The notes: generated by a model not told the origin, from the letters alone. A stretch of 64,000 nucleotides of DNA from an uncultured Gemmatimonadaceae bacterium (GCA_963781585.1 CAWAGQ010000006.1:192001-256000), one strand, 5' to 3'; positions 21,218 through 31,718 are shown, counted from the first letter of the stretch. Numbers and translations are program-made.

Positions 21218-21859
21218 ATGCGGAAAGCAATCCCGGCCGCAATGATAGGCGGCCTGATGTTTGTAGCCTGCGCGCGTCAGGCGCGCATCGAGTCGGGCGG
21301 AGACGTCGATCTCAGCGCCACACCGCTCGACGCCCGCACGCTGCCAAGCGGGATCGCGGTGGACGTGCGTCTGGACAAGGAAATCGGCACCAAATCCAGC
21401 AGGGTGGGCGACCAGTTCAGCGCGACCGTCGAGCACGCCGTGGTCGCGCAGAACGGGGAGACCGTGGTGCCCGAGGGTGCCAGGGTCTACGGGACGGTGA
21501 CCGGGCTCGATAACTCCGAGCACGTCGGCGACCCAGCTGCCATCCGGATCGACTTCGATCACCTGAACATGCGGGGCAGGAACTATCCGTTCGAGGCCAA
21601 GGTGACGGCGACCAATCTGGCCACCCGCGGCCAGGACACGAGGAGCGAGACGCTCAAGAAGGCCGGCATCGGGGCCGCGGCGGGCGCCGCGATGGGGGCC
21701 ATTCTCACCGGCGGTGACCTCGACAAGATCCTGCTCGGCGGCGCGATCGGCGCCGCCGCCGGCACTGTTGTTTCGTTAGGCACGGGCGAAGTGGAGGGGG
21801 TCCTCCCGGCCGGCACCCACATGACGCTGCAGACCACCCGGACCATCGCGCTTCGTTAG
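21218..21859 (+). CDS. Hypothetical lipoprotein with glycine zipper
   Basis: AGGAGG RBS, FVAC lipobox, GD.F.A motif and GAAAGA..GAI zipper. Confidence 0.8.
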   Translation: MRKAIPAAMIGGLMFVACARQARIESGGDVDLSATPLDARTLPSGIAVDVRLDKEIGTKSSRVGDQFSATVEHAVVAQNGETVVPEGARVYGTVTGLDNSEHVGDPAAIRIDFDHLNMRGRNYPFEAKVTATNLATRGQDTRSETLKKAGIGAAAGAAMGAILTGGDLDKILLGGAIGAAAGTVVSLGTGEVEGVLPAGTHMTLQTTRTIALR

Positions 21860-21881
21860 GCACGCCGGTCCCTGAGGCAAG

Positions 21882-21920
21882 CGCCGTCCGCCGCGATCCA
21901 GGTCGCGGCGGACGGCGTTT
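21882..21920 (+). terminator. Probable intrinsic terminator
   Basis: CGCCGTCCGCCGCGA...TCGCGGCGGACGGCG hairpin followed by TTT. Confidence 0.55.
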
Positions 21921-22050
21921 CGCACGCCCGGCGACGGGCGCCGCGCGGGTCGTACGGGAATGCCCAACCGGAGTCGCCCCGCGTCGGGGCCAGGCCGACC
22001 TGGGCTCAGGGAATAGATGACAAGGACGCCAGGCATATTGCCTAGTATAC

Positions 22051-22079
22051 TTGACACCAGGCAATCGCGTCCGTACTCT
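22051..22079 (+). promoter_or_regulatory. Sigma70-like promoter for the XRE operon
   Basis: TTGACA-17 bp-TACTCT; short palindromes AGGCA-TAT-TGCCT and AGTATACT just upstream. Confidence 0.65.
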
Positions 22080-22129
22080 TCCGGTCACCAGAGAAACGCA
22101 CCCGGCAGGCCCAAGCGGAGGATTCGCCA

Positions 22130-22348
22130 ATCGCTGCGCCACGCCTGGAGAATCGCCTGAAGGTCGCACGCGCCGAGCGCGGGCTGTCGCAAACCGACCT
22201 CGCCCGCCTCGCCCACGTCACGCGGCAGACGATCAGCTCGATCGAGACGGGCCAGTACATCCCGTCCGCACTGCTCGCCTTCATCCTCGCGAAGCGGCTG
22301 GGCCAGCGCGTCGACGAGTTGTTTACCCTGCACGGAGACGATGCATGA
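22130..22348 (+). CDS. XRE/Cro-CI helix-turn-helix regulator (absent from the ORF track)
   Basis: Manual translation LENRLKVARAERGLSQTDLARLAHVTRQTISSIETGQYIPSALLAF..VDELF; stop overlaps the next ATG (ATGA); no ATG/GTG/TTG start. Confidence 0.88.
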   Translation: MAAPRLENRLKVARAERGLSQTDLARLAHVTRQTISSIETGQYIPSALLAFILAKRLGQRVDELFTLHGDDA

Positions 22349-22638
22349 AAGACGAAGACGTTGAACGCGACGAACGGACCGTCGCCACCGAGAACGTCAG
22401 CTATCGCTGGGCTTATCTGCTGCTGAGTTTCGGGTTGCTCGCGTCCACGGCGTATCGCGCATTCGTGACGAAGGAGGCGGCGTGGGACCTTCTCGGTCTT
22501 GTGATTCTCGGCGGCGTCGTCAGCTCTTCCTATCAGGCGACGCATCGCGTACTCGGCAAACGGTGGGTGCGCGGCAGTCTGCTGACCATGGCCGCTGCCG
22601 CGGTGGTCGCGGTGCTGATGTGGCTCGTGCTGCGCTGA
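22345..22638 (+). CDS. Small membrane protein (DERT-motif type, usual partner of XRE regulators)
   Basis: RDERT followed by about 3 TM helices; translationally coupled to the XRE gene. Confidence 0.75.
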   Translation: MKDEDVERDERTVATENVSYRWAYLLLSFGLLASTAYRAFVTKEAAWDLLGLVILGGVVSSSYQATHRVLGKRWVRGSLLTMAAAAVVAVLMWLVLR

Positions 22639-22817
22639 TTTCGAGTGCGTGGCCGCCACGGTTGCGCGACGGCCGCTGTTCTGGCGTCGCCGCACGTCTG
22701 TTGGGGATGTGACGAGCCGCTGGCCCCGTGCGCGATGGTGCGGTGCGATCGCGCGCCAGTAGCGGCGAACGCGGCCCGCGCGCACGTTATCGGGCTTCGT
22801 GACCCGCGCGCCAGTCC

Positions 22818-23525
22818 ATGACTGCAACGGTAAAGTCCACCACAGGCCGTCTCACCCGCCTCGTCAGGCAGCTCCGCGCCCTCCATGGCGCGCCGGTCGC
22901 GCCCCCGACGCGCGATCCGTATCGGCTGCTGCTCTGGGAACAGGTCGGGTATCTGGCGGACGATGCAACACGGCTGGCGGCCTGGCGGCTGCTCGAGGAA
23001 CGGGTCGGCACGAAGCCCGACGAAATCCTCGCCGCGTCCACCAGTGCGCTGCGCGCCGTCGCGCGGCGCGGCGGATCGATCGCGGTGGCGCAGCGCGCCG
23101 AGCGATTGCGCACCGTCGCCCGTCGAGTCCGGGATGTATGGAATGGCACGCTACGCGCCGCGGTGCGTCAGCCGCTCGATCAGGCCCGCCGCGAACTGGC
23201 AAAGTATCCATCCATCGGCGTCCCCGGCGCCGAGCGGATTCTGCTCCTGAGCGGCGTGCACCCCGTTCTTGGTCTCGACTCGAATGCGTTGCGCGTTCTC
23301 CAGCGCCTCGGCTACGGACGCGAGTATCCGCAGTGGGCCCGGACGTATCGCAGCGTTCAGGAGGCCGCCGAGCGTGAGCTTTCGCGCACGGTGCCCGCGC
23401 GGCGAGCGGCCTATCTGCTGCTCCGATACCACGGTCAGACGCTGTGTCGTCGCTCCGCGCCGCTGTGCGAGGGCTGCCCGCTGCGGCCGGACTGTCCGAC
23501 CGGTTCGAAGGGTCGCGCCAGCTGA
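22818..23525 (+). CDS. Endonuclease III-like HhH-GPD glycosylase with 4Fe-4S motif
   Basis: YPSIG.PGAE, LDSNALRV and a C-terminal CX6CX2CX5C. Confidence 0.8.
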   Translation: MTATVKSTTGRLTRLVRQLRALHGAPVAPPTRDPYRLLLWEQVGYLADDATRLAAWRLLEERVGTKPDEILAASTSALRAVARRGGSIAVAQRAERLRTVARRVRDVWNGTLRAAVRQPLDQARRELAKYPSIGVPGAERILLLSGVHPVLGLDSNALRVLQRLGYGREYPQWARTYRSVQEAAERELSRTVPARRAAYLLLRYHGQTLCRRSAPLCEGCPLRPDCPTGSKGRAS

Positions 23526-23645
23526 AGCGAGCCTGCCGCCTTGCCCGAACTCACGCCCTGAAACGGAGAGAAGGTCTGTGCGCTCGCGTAGCGAGCGCGC
23601 GTCCGCAGGCCTACATTCTGCCGACGTGATCCATTGCACGGCGGG

Positions 23646-26600
23646 ATGAGCACCGACCTGCGCGAGCAGCTCCAGCAGACGCTGGGCAGCGCGTACACGC
23701 TCGAGCGTGAGCTCGGCGGCGGCGGCATGTCGCGCGTCTTCGTGGCAGAGGAGACCAGGCTTCACCGCAAAGTCGTGGTGAAAGTGTTGTCCCCCGAACT
23801 CGCGGCCGGCGTCAGCGCCGAGCGCTTCGAGCGCGAGATCCAGCTCGCGGCCTCCCTGCAGCAGGCGAACATCGTGCCTCTGCTCTCGGCCGGCGAGACG
23901 AATGGACTGCCGTACTTCACCATGCCGTTCGTTGAAGGGGAATCGCTGCGAGTCCGGCTGGGGAAAGGGCCGCTGAGCGTGACCGAGGTGGTCGGCGTGT
24001 TGCGCGATGTGTCGCGGGCGCTGAGCTACGCGCACGAGCGTGGCGTGGTGCACCGGGACATCAAACCCGACAACGTGTTGCTCTCGCATGGCACGGCGGT
24101 GGTGACGGACTTCGGCATCGCCAAGGCGCTGTCCGCGTCGCGCACGAAGAGCGGCGACGCCACGCTCACGCAGCTCGGAACGTCCATCGGCACGCCGGCC
24201 TACATGTCGCCGGAGCAGGCGGCCGGGGAGACGGAGATCGATCACCGGGCCGACATCTACGCCTTCGGGTGCATGGCGTATGAGTTGCTCGCCGGCCATC
24301 CGCCTTTCCATGGACGGACCCCCACGCGCGTGCTCGCCGCCCAGATGAGCGAAACGCCGCCGCCGGTGAACGATCTGCGCCCCGACACGCCGGTGGTCCT
24401 CGGCGAGCTGGTCATGCGCTGTCTGGAGAAGGATCCCGGGTCGCGGCCGCAGTCGGCGAACGACCTCGCGCGGACGCTCGACAACGTCACCAGCGGCGCG
24501 GGCATGCCATCGATGCCCGCCGTGCTGCTGGGAGGGCGGGGCATGCTCCGCCGCGCCCTGCTCGTCTATGCGGCCGCCTTCATTGGCGTAGCGGTCGTGG
24601 CCAAGGCGGCGATCATCGCCATCGGACTGCCGTCGTGGGTATTCCCGGGGGCGCTCATCGTCATGGCGCTGGGCCTGCCGGTGATCCTGTTCACGGCCTA
24701 CGTGCACCGGGCCACGCGACGGGCCCTCACCGCCACACCGACGCTCACGCCGCGGGGCACCCAGCCGGCGGCGGCGGGAACGATGATGACCATCGCGCTC
24801 AAGGCGAGCCCGCACCTGAGCTGGCGCCGCGCCGCGTTCGGCGGACTGTATGCGTTAGGCGCTTTCGTGCTCCTGGTCGGGGCCTACATGGTGCTCCGGA
24901 TGTTCGGGATCGGACCGGAGGGCTCGCTGCTCGCCGCGGGCAAGCTGTCGAGCCGGGACGAGGTGCTGATCGCCGATTTCGCCGTGCCGGGATCGGACTC
25001 CTCCCTCAGTACCGCGCTCACCCAGGCCCTCCGGTCGCAGCTCGAACAATCGACGGCCGTCTCGGTGATGCCGGTCAGCTCGGTGACCGCGGCGCTCGAG
25101 GAATCGCGTCGCCCGGCGAACACGCGGATCGACCTCGACGTCGCCAAGGACATCGGACTGCGGCGGGGCGTGAAGGCGATCGTGGCGGCCGATGCGACGC
25201 AGCTCCCCGGCGGCGGCTACCTGGTGACGACGAAGCTCGTGAACACCCGCACCGGCGACGTGCTCGCGAGCTATCAGGAGACGGCGCAGGACGCGGCCGG
25301 GCTCCTTGGCGCGATCGACGCCGCGACGCGCAAACTGCGGGCGCGGATCGGCGAGTCGCTCAAGACCATCCAGGCCGAGGCACCGCTCGAGCAGGCGACG
25401 ACGTCCTCGTTGGAGGCGCTCCGCAAGTACGCCGAGGGGGTGCGCGCCAATGACGTGGAGGGCGACTACCTGAAGGCGGTGACGGTGCTGCGCGAAGCGA
25501 TCGCAATCGACAGCACCTTCGGCATCGCCTATCGCAAACTTGCGGTGGCGCTCAGCAATGCTCTGGAGCCGCCCAGTCTGCAGCGTGCGGCAATCGAGAG
25601 AGCCTACCAGCTCCGGGACCGGATGTCGCCGCGCGAACGCGATCTGGCGATGGGTGTCTACTTCAACACCCGGCCCTACGTCGATCGCGCCAAGGCGATC
25701 GAGGCATACAGTGACGCGCTGCGACTCGATCCGCGGTCGTACACCGCCAGCGGAAATCTCGGGCAGCTCGCGGCGTCGAAACGGGACTGGGAGGGGGCCC
25801 TCCGATATGGGCGGCTGACGGCGGAGCTGCTCCCGATGTCGTCGTTCGGCTACTGGTACGTGGTCGACGCGCTGGCGTCGACCGGGCGGTTTGCCGAGTC
25901 AGCCGCCATGCTCGATACGCTCGCCCGCGTGGACAGTACGAGCAGTACGTGGGTCCTGGCCAACGTTTCGCTGCTGGTGGCTCGACAGGACTACGATTCA
26001 CTGCGCGCGCTGCTCCGACGCCAAGTCACGGCCCGGGATCGCGACGCGCGTCTGGCAGCGATGCAGAACCTGGCCAACGTTGCGGCGGTTCAGGGTCGTG
26101 TCGCCGAGGCGCGGCGCTGGCTCGACTCGCTCAATGCGGGCCTGCACCTCCGGACCCGGGCGGATTCGGCGACGGCGACGCTGGGCCAGGCGTTCTTTGC
26201 TGCGGCGTACGATCTCGACCGCCCCGGCGCGATCGCCATGACCGATCGCATCTCGTCGCCGGAGTACCTGGCCGGGATTCCCTTGCCAGACCGTCCGTAC
26301 CTCGGCATCGCCGCCGTGTATGCGCGCGCCGGCGACGCGACGCGAGCCCGCGCGATGCTGTCACGCTATGATGCGGAGGTGCGTGACAGCGCGCTGCTGC
26401 GGCAGGACGGGGCGACCCGGCACGGCGTCCTCGGGGAGGTGGCACTCGCCGAGCATCAGCCGGACGTCGCGATCCGGGAGTTCCGTCTGGCCGACGTGCA
26501 GTCCGACGGCGCACCCGATCCCTGTGCGGACTGCCTCGACCTCGACCTGGGGCGCGCCTACGATCTCGCGGGGAAGGCCGATTCGGCGATCGCGGCCTTC

Positions 26601-26834
26601 GATCGCTATGTGCACAGCCCCTTCAGCGGCCGCATCCTGACGGACCAGTACTTCCTTGGTCCGGTCGTGAAGCGGCTGGGAGAGCTGTATGAGGCGAAGG
26701 GGAATCGCCAACAGGCCATCTCATCGTACACGCGTTTCACCGATCTCTGGAAGAATGCGGATCCACTTCTGGAACCCATGGTGAGCGACGTCAGGCAGCG
26801 GATCGCACGGCTGTCCAGGGCTGAGGGGCGTTAG
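23646..26834 (+). CDS. Hanks-type Ser/Thr protein kinase with TM segments and TPR region
   Basis: LGGGGMS, VVVK, HRDIKPDN, DFG, GTPAYMSPEQ; TM helices; TPR tail. Confidence 0.95.
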   Translation: MSTDLREQLQQTLGSAYTLERELGGGGMSRVFVAEETRLHRKVVVKVLSPELAAGVSAERFEREIQLAASLQQANIVPLLSAGETNGLPYFTMPFVEGESLRVRLGKGPLSVTEVVGVLRDVSRALSYAHERGVVHRDIKPDNVLLSHGTAVVTDFGIAKALSASRTKSGDATLTQLGTSIGTPAYMSPEQAAGETEIDHRADIYAFGCMAYELLAGHPPFHGRTPTRVLAAQMSETPPPVNDLRPDTPVVLGELVMRCLEKDPGSRPQSANDLARTLDNVTSGAGMPSMPAVLLGGRGMLRRALLVYAAAFIGVAVVAKAAIIAIGLPSWVFPGALIVMALGLPVILFTAYVHRATRRALTATPTLTPRGTQPAAAGTMMTIALKASPHLSWRRAAFGGLYALGAFVLLVGAYMVLRMFGIGPEGSLLAAGKLSSRDEVLIADFAVPGSDSSLSTALTQALRSQLEQSTAVSVMPVSSVTAALEESRRPANTRIDLDVAKDIGLRRGVKAIVAADATQLPGGGYLVTTKLVNTRTGDVLASYQETAQDAAGLLGAIDAATRKLRARIGESLKTIQAEAPLEQATTSSLEALRKYAEGVRANDVEGDYLKAVTVLREAIAIDSTFGIAYRKLAVALSNALEPPSLQRAAIERAYQLRDRMSPRERDLAMGVYFNTRPYVDRAKAIEAYSDALRLDPRSYTASGNLGQLAASKRDWEGALRYGRLTAELLPMSSFGYWYVVDALASTGRFAESAAMLDTLARVDSTSSTWVLANVSLLVARQDYDSLRALLRRQVTARDRDARLAAMQNLANVAAVQGRVAEARRWLDSLNAGLHLRTRADSATATLGQAFFAAAYDLDRPGAIAMTDRISSPEYLAGIPLPDRPYLGIAAVYARAGDATRARAMLSRYDAEVRDSALLRQDGATRHGVLGEVALAEHQPDVAIREFRLADVQSDGAPDPCADCLDLDLGRAYDLAGKADSAIAAFDRYVHSPFSGRILTDQYFLGPVVKRLGELYEAKGNRQQAISSYTRFTDLWKNADPLLEPMVSDVRQRIARLSRAEGR

Positions 26835-26946
26835 GCAGTACGCCTGCCTCCACCGCCGCGTTCGCCGTCGGGAAGAGTGGTCGACGCTCCGCGGTCGCAC
26901 GCACGTCCCCCGCTCACCCGAGGCGTTCGGCAACATACTCATTCAA

Positions 26947-27777
26947 ATGGTCATTCACCTCGTCGACGGCACCTACGAACTCTTCCGCCACTTCTACGGC
27001 CTGCGTCACTCTCCAGATAGCGGCGACCGTCCCTTTGGCGCCGCGACCGGCGTACTGCACACGGTCCTGCAGATGATCGAGTCCGGCGCCACGCACATCG
27101 GTGTCGCGACCGATCACGTGATCGAGTCGTTCCGCAATGCGCTCTGGGCCGACTACAAGACCGGCGATGGCATCGACCCTGCGCTGTGGGCGCAATTCCA
27201 TCCGCTGGAGGACGCGCTGCGCGAGATGGGGGTCGCCGTCTGGCCGATGACCGAACTCGAAGCCGACGACGCGCTCGCCTCGGCCGCACATCTCGCCGCA
27301 GCGGACGAGCGAGTGCAGCAGGTGTGCATCTGGACCCCCGACAAGGATCTGGCGCAATGCGTGATCGGGGACCGCGTGGTGCAGGTGGACCGCAGGAGCG
27401 GGCGCATCCGCAACGCGGAAGGCGTGCGCGAGAAGTTCGGTGTGGAGCCACGGCTGATTCCCGACTATCTGGCGCTCGTCGGTGACGCCGCGGACGGGTA
27501 TCCGGGAATGCCGGGCATCGGCGCTGTCACCGCGGCCCGACTGCTCAATCGCCATGGCGCGATCGAGGAGTTTCCGCCCGACGTTCTCGGCGACGGACGC
27601 GATCGCGCACTGCTCTTCAAGCAGCTGGCGACGCTGAGGACCGACGCGCCGCTGTTCGACGACGTGAGCGCCCTTGGATGGCAGGGTCCGACGCCAGACT
27701 TTGGTGGACGTGCTGAGCAGCTGGGCGACGTGAGGCTGGTCGAACGAGCCCGGCGCGCGGCAAGCCGGGCCGGGTAG
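26947..27777 (+). CDS. 5'-3' exonuclease / flap endonuclease
   Basis: LVDG, EADD, DKDL, LVGD..DG.PG..GIG..TA H3TH motif. Confidence 0.92.
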   Translation: MVIHLVDGTYELFRHFYGLRHSPDSGDRPFGAATGVLHTVLQMIESGATHIGVATDHVIESFRNALWADYKTGDGIDPALWAQFHPLEDALREMGVAVWPMTELEADDALASAAHLAAADERVQQVCIWTPDKDLAQCVIGDRVVQVDRRSGRIRNAEGVREKFGVEPRLIPDYLALVGDAADGYPGMPGIGAVTAARLLNRHGAIEEFPPDVLGDGRDRALLFKQLATLRTDAPLFDDVSALGWQGPTPDFGGRAEQLGDVRLVERARRAASRAG

Positions 27778-27874
27778 CACGCGCATCGTTCAGCTGCCGC
27801 GCTCTGCTGACCTGGGATACGGGTCGGCGCCATGCCTTGGCTCTCCGACTGCTCTCCTTCGCCGCGATGAGAGA

Positions 27875-30538
27875 CTACGTGGCGTCGGACAATACGGACG
27901 TCGGCGCCATCGTGGCCGCCCGACGCGCGGGCACCAGAGCCGCCGCAACGCCGGTCGCGATCAGCACCGCCACCACGAGCAGGTACGTCACTGGGTCCCG
28001 CTGCGTGATGCCGACCAGCAACGTGGACAGGATCCGCGACGACGCGAGAGCGGCTGGAATGCCGATCACGAGCCCGATCGCCACCACGCGCAGGCCATGC
28101 CGCAGCACGAGCCCCAGCACCTGCGCCTGCTGCGCACCGAGCGCCATCCGGATGCCGAGTTCGTGACGACGCCTTCCCACCACGTACGACACCACCGCGT
28201 ACACCCCGCTCACTGCCAGAAGGAGCGCGAGCGCCGCGAACAGGGTGAGGGCCCCCACCAGGGTGCGCTGCCTGACGAGAGACTTGTCGAGCTTGTCGCG
28301 CATGGTGCCGGGGTCGTAGACCGGCAGCTCCGGATCGAGCTCCTGGATCGCGTGCCGCATGGACCCGAGCAGTGTCGCCGGGTCGCCGTGGGTGTACACC
28401 GTGAAGCGCATGGAATTCACGTCGTCCGTCTTCCGGATCGCCTCCAGGGGAATGTACACGCCCGGACGCGGCGGCTGGTCGAGTCCGTAGTGCCGCTCAT
28501 CCGTCGTCACGCCGACGACGGTGCGCCAGTGGGCGGCGGTGTCCCCGCGGAAGCGGACCCGTTTCCCGATCGGATCGGTTCCGGTAGGCCAGAACCGCCG
28601 GACGAAGCTCTGGTTCACGACGATCGGCATGAACCCGTCCGGGTCGCCCTCGCGGTCGCGATAGAAGCGTCCGTGCACGAGCGGGGTGCCCATCGCCGCG
28701 AAGTAGCTGCCTGACGCGACGCGAAAGAGAATGACCGGATCGGGCTGTCCGGCGGCGAGCGGGGGTTGTCCCTCGGCCTCCATGAACCCGCCCCAGTGGC
28801 AGGTGAGCGGTGGGCAGCTGATGGCGCCGGCCGCGACGACGCCGGGGAGGGCCTTCAGTCGCTCCTGTACGGATTCGAAGAACGCCCGCTGTGCGAAGCC
28901 GTCCGCGTATTTCACCTTCGGCAACGCCACGCCGAAGCCGGCAACGCCGTCGACGCGGAAGCCGGTCTCCACACTCGTGAGGTTGCGGTAGCCGCGCACC
29001 AGCAGCCCGCCGCCCACCAGCAGCACGGCGGCGAGCGCCACTTCGATCGCGACCAGCGCATCGAGCAGCCGGCGCTGCGGCACCGACGCCGTGGTCCTCG
29101 TGCCGACCGACGACAGCGCAGCGCGCAGATCGAGCCGGCGCGCCTGCAGCGCCGGCACGAGCCCGAACAGAATGGCCGTCACCAGCACCACCGAGACCGC
29201 GAACCCCAGGCTGCGCGCATCGAGGGTAAAGCGTGCCCAGGCGGGAAGCTCGTTAGGCGCCGAGGCGACCAGGAGGCGCAATCCCCACCAGCCGAGCGCC
29301 ATGCCGGCGATCCCCGCTACCATGGCCAGGAGCAGGCTCTCGGTGAGCATCTGTCGTGCGACCCGCCTCCCGCTGGCGCCCAGCGCCATGCGGATTCCCA
29401 TCTCGGCGCGGCGAAAGACCGAGCGCGCGAGCATCGCACCGGCCACGTTCACGCAGGCGATGAGCAGCACCAGCACCACCGCCGCGCCCAGCGTGCGCCC
29501 CATCACGCGCATCTGCCCGACGTACTTCTCGCGGAGCGGCATGATGCGCGGCACCACCACGTGCGAGGAATCGCGCTGTCGCCAGATAATGTCCTGCGCC
29601 TGGTCGAGATCCGTGTGCGCCGCCTCGATGGTCACGCCGGGGTTGAGGCGCGCGACGCCATCATAGGCGTACGACTGCCCTTGCTGATTGGGCTTCTCGC
29701 CAAGCGGCGTCCACAGCTTCACCGAGCCCGGGAACTCGGCGGCCGGCGGCATCACGCCGATGATCGTGGTGGACACGCTGTTGATGCGGATCGTGCGGCC
29801 GACGACATCGCGCGCACCGGCGAAACGCGACTGCCAGAGCCCGTAGCCGATCACCGCGACCGCGGGAGGATCTGGTCGATCCTCGTCCTTCGTGAACGTT
29901 CGCCCGAGCAGAGGATGGAGGCCTAGCGCGTCGGGCAGATCGTACGTGATCCTCGCGCCGTCGATTCGCTCGGCCGAAGTCCCATCGGAGACATTGAACT
30001 GCGTCTCATCGAAGAGCCCCATGGCAGCGAACGACGTGGTGTGCTCACGCCAGGCGAGGAAATCGTCGTAATTGATGCCAGTGTAGTCCAGGTTCCACTT
30101 CGGCGCTTCTTCGTTGAGGTACACGAGACGTTCAGGTTGCGGAAACGCCAGAGGACGGAAGAAGAGACCGTCCAGGAGGGCGAAGACCGTGGAGTTGACC
30201 GCCACCGCCAGCGTGAGCGTGAGGAGGATCATCGCGGTCGCGCCCTTCTGGCGGGAGAAGGCGCGCACGGCGAAGCGGAGGTCGGACAGGAAGGACTGCA
30301 TGGAGCGCTCCCGTGGTCGCGGCAGGTGCCGGCGGCGCCAGTGTTCGTAGGGTGCGTGTCGCACCACGTCCCAGGTGATCGCCATCGCCGTGGCGCAGAA
30401 CGCCACGAAGCCGCGTCGGCGCGCGCTGTCGAGCTCCTGCCTGACGAGGTCGACCATCTCGTCCTCGTGCTGGAGTCGGAAGCCCTCCGGAAGGAGACGG
30501 ATCAGGATCCGGTAGAATCGCAGGGGCAGGCTCCTCAC
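27875..30538 (-). CDS. ADOP family duplicated ABC permease
   Basis: DLRFAVR, LLIACVNVAG, ELGIRMALGA, VPARRA; GTG start overlaps the PadR stop. Confidence 0.93.
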   Translation of the reverse strand: MRSLPLRFYRILIRLLPEGFRLQHEDEMVDLVRQELDSARRRGFVAFCATAMAITWDVVRHAPYEHWRRRHLPRPRERSMQSFLSDLRFAVRAFSRQKGATAMILLTLTLAVAVNSTVFALLDGLFFRPLAFPQPERLVYLNEEAPKWNLDYTGINYDDFLAWREHTTSFAAMGLFDETQFNVSDGTSAERIDGARITYDLPDALGLHPLLGRTFTKDEDRPDPPAVAVIGYGLWQSRFAGARDVVGRTIRINSVSTTIIGVMPPAAEFPGSVKLWTPLGEKPNQQGQSYAYDGVARLNPGVTIEAAHTDLDQAQDIIWRQRDSSHVVVPRIMPLREKYVGQMRVMGRTLGAAVVLVLLIACVNVAGAMLARSVFRRAEMGIRMALGASGRRVARQMLTESLLLAMVAGIAGMALGWWGLRLLVASAPNELPAWARFTLDARSLGFAVSVVLVTAILFGLVPALQARRLDLRAALSSVGTRTTASVPQRRLLDALVAIEVALAAVLLVGGGLLVRGYRNLTSVETGFRVDGVAGFGVALPKVKYADGFAQRAFFESVQERLKALPGVVAAGAISCPPLTCHWGGFMEAEGQPPLAAGQPDPVILFRVASGSYFAAMGTPLVHGRFYRDREGDPDGFMPIVVNQSFVRRFWPTGTDPIGKRVRFRGDTAAHWRTVVGVTTDERHYGLDQPPRPGVYIPLEAIRKTDDVNSMRFTVYTHGDPATLLGSMRHAIQELDPELPVYDPGTMRDKLDKSLVRQRTLVGALTLFAALALLLAVSGVYAVVSYVVGRRRHELGIRMALGAQQAQVLGLVLRHGLRVVAIGLVIGIPAALASSRILSTLLVGITQRDPVTYLLVVAVLIATGVAAALVPARRAATMAPTSVLSDAT

Positions 30539-30864
30539 GACGATTCTCCGGAATGCGCGAGCCGGCGCTGGGCGACCCTGACCATCGACTCGGTGCGGGC
30601 CACCTCGGCCGAGAGGGCACGGCGTCCGGCCGGGGTGATGCGAAACCATCGGCGCCGCGCGCTGTCGTTGTCTGCATCGACCGGCGGAGCGTCGAGCTCG
30701 CGGATCCAGCCATGTTCGCGGAGTTCGTCGAGGGCGCCGTAGAGGCTTGCGGGCCAGAGGCGCAGGTCGCCCGCGGTGAGCTCGAGCACGTCGCGCATGA
30801 TGCCCGACCCGTGGCGCTCGCGTTCGGCGAGTGAGAGGAGGATGAAGAACCAGTGGCGGCGCAT
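30535..30864 (-). CDS. PadR family transcriptional regulator
   Basis: ILLSLA..RHG.GI, LWPASLYGAL, RRRWFRITPAGR. Confidence 0.92.
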   Translation of the reverse strand: MRRHWFFILLSLAERERHGSGIMRDVLELTAGDLRLWPASLYGALDELREHGWIRELDAPPVDADNDSARRRWFRITPAGRRALSAEVARTESMVRVAQRRLAHSGESS

Positions 30865-30886
30865 GGATGGCTGGTGAAGTCGGCAG

Positions 30887-30910
30887 CTACTATATCATTT
30901 GATATAATAG
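30887..30910. promoter_or_regulatory. AT-rich palindrome, probable PadR operator
   Basis: CTACTATATC-ATTT-GATATAATAG (10-bp arms, one mismatch) just upstream of padR. Confidence 0.6.
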
Positions 30911-31229
30911 AGCGCAAGAAGGTTGCGTGGTGGCCGCTGGTCCGGGCCGAAGCGCCGACCGGCGGGCCCGGTGGGGGCCCGGTCTCGTGGCCGAGACGAG
31001 ACACGAAGTCCCCGCGTTGAGGGAGGCAGGCGCCTGGGACGCACCGATTGCCTGGCCGTCCAGTGCGCGTCGCGGCCGCGCTAGCGGAGGTGCGTGGGAC
31101 CAGCCGACGCACCGGCTGTACCCTCGCGCTGCGTGTTGCTGTGGCGGATCATAGGTTGGAGCAGGCACTGCCACCCTCGCCGCGCGCGTGACCGGCACGT
31201 GCGGGGCGGTCATGGCGCAGGATGTGTTC

Positions 31230-31718
31230 ATGTCGCAGCATCATGTCCGACGTTCCCCGGTCCGTCGCAGAAGGGTGGCGATTGCCCTCGCAGTATTCGT
31301 TAGGCTGGGGATGACCGTGGCGTGCGGCGACCCGGCAGGACCGAATGCGCTTTTTCCCGCCGGGGCGGTCCGCGTGCTGCCCGTCCCCGCGGAATACCTC
31401 CAGTGGTGGATGGAGGTGGAAGGGTGCTCGGGCCTGGGCGGGGATGTGCGTCGGGTACGGTTCTATGTGATGCCCGACGTGTACGCCTGGTGGGCACAGG
31501 ACCTTGGGGCATATGTGATGGGAGGCTGGACCGCGCGGGGCAATCGCATCACCGTGGGCGCCTTCCTGAAAGACGACGCGGGCCTGGTCCGCCACGAGAT
31601 GTTGCATGCCCTGCTGCAGCGTGGCGATCATCCCGTCGTGTATTTCGTGAAGCGCTGTGGGCCGCTGCTGGCGTCCGCCAGGGATCCGCTGTTCGGTGCC
31701 GGTGCGGTCGTGCGCTGA
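31230..31718 (+). CDS. Hypothetical lipoprotein with HEXXH (minimal zincin-like)
   Basis: TVAC lipobox; WW..VE.CSG and RHEMLHALL; paralogue at 44238. Confidence 0.7.
   Translation: MSQHHVRRSPVRRRRVAIALAVFVRLGMTVACGDPAGPNALFPAGAVRVLPVPAEYLQWWMEVEGCSGLGGDVRRVRFYVMPDVYAWWAQDLGAYVMGGWTARGNRITVGAFLKDDAGLVRHEMLHALLQRGDHPVVYFVKRCGPLLASARDPLFGAGAVVR

Noticed and set aside
1153..30742. Many long antisense or alternate-frame ORFs (e.g. 1153-2445, 5020-6324, 23151-24815, 28766-29926)
   Set aside because: They overlap well-supported genes and have the Arg/Pro/Ala-rich composition typical of high-GC shadow frames.
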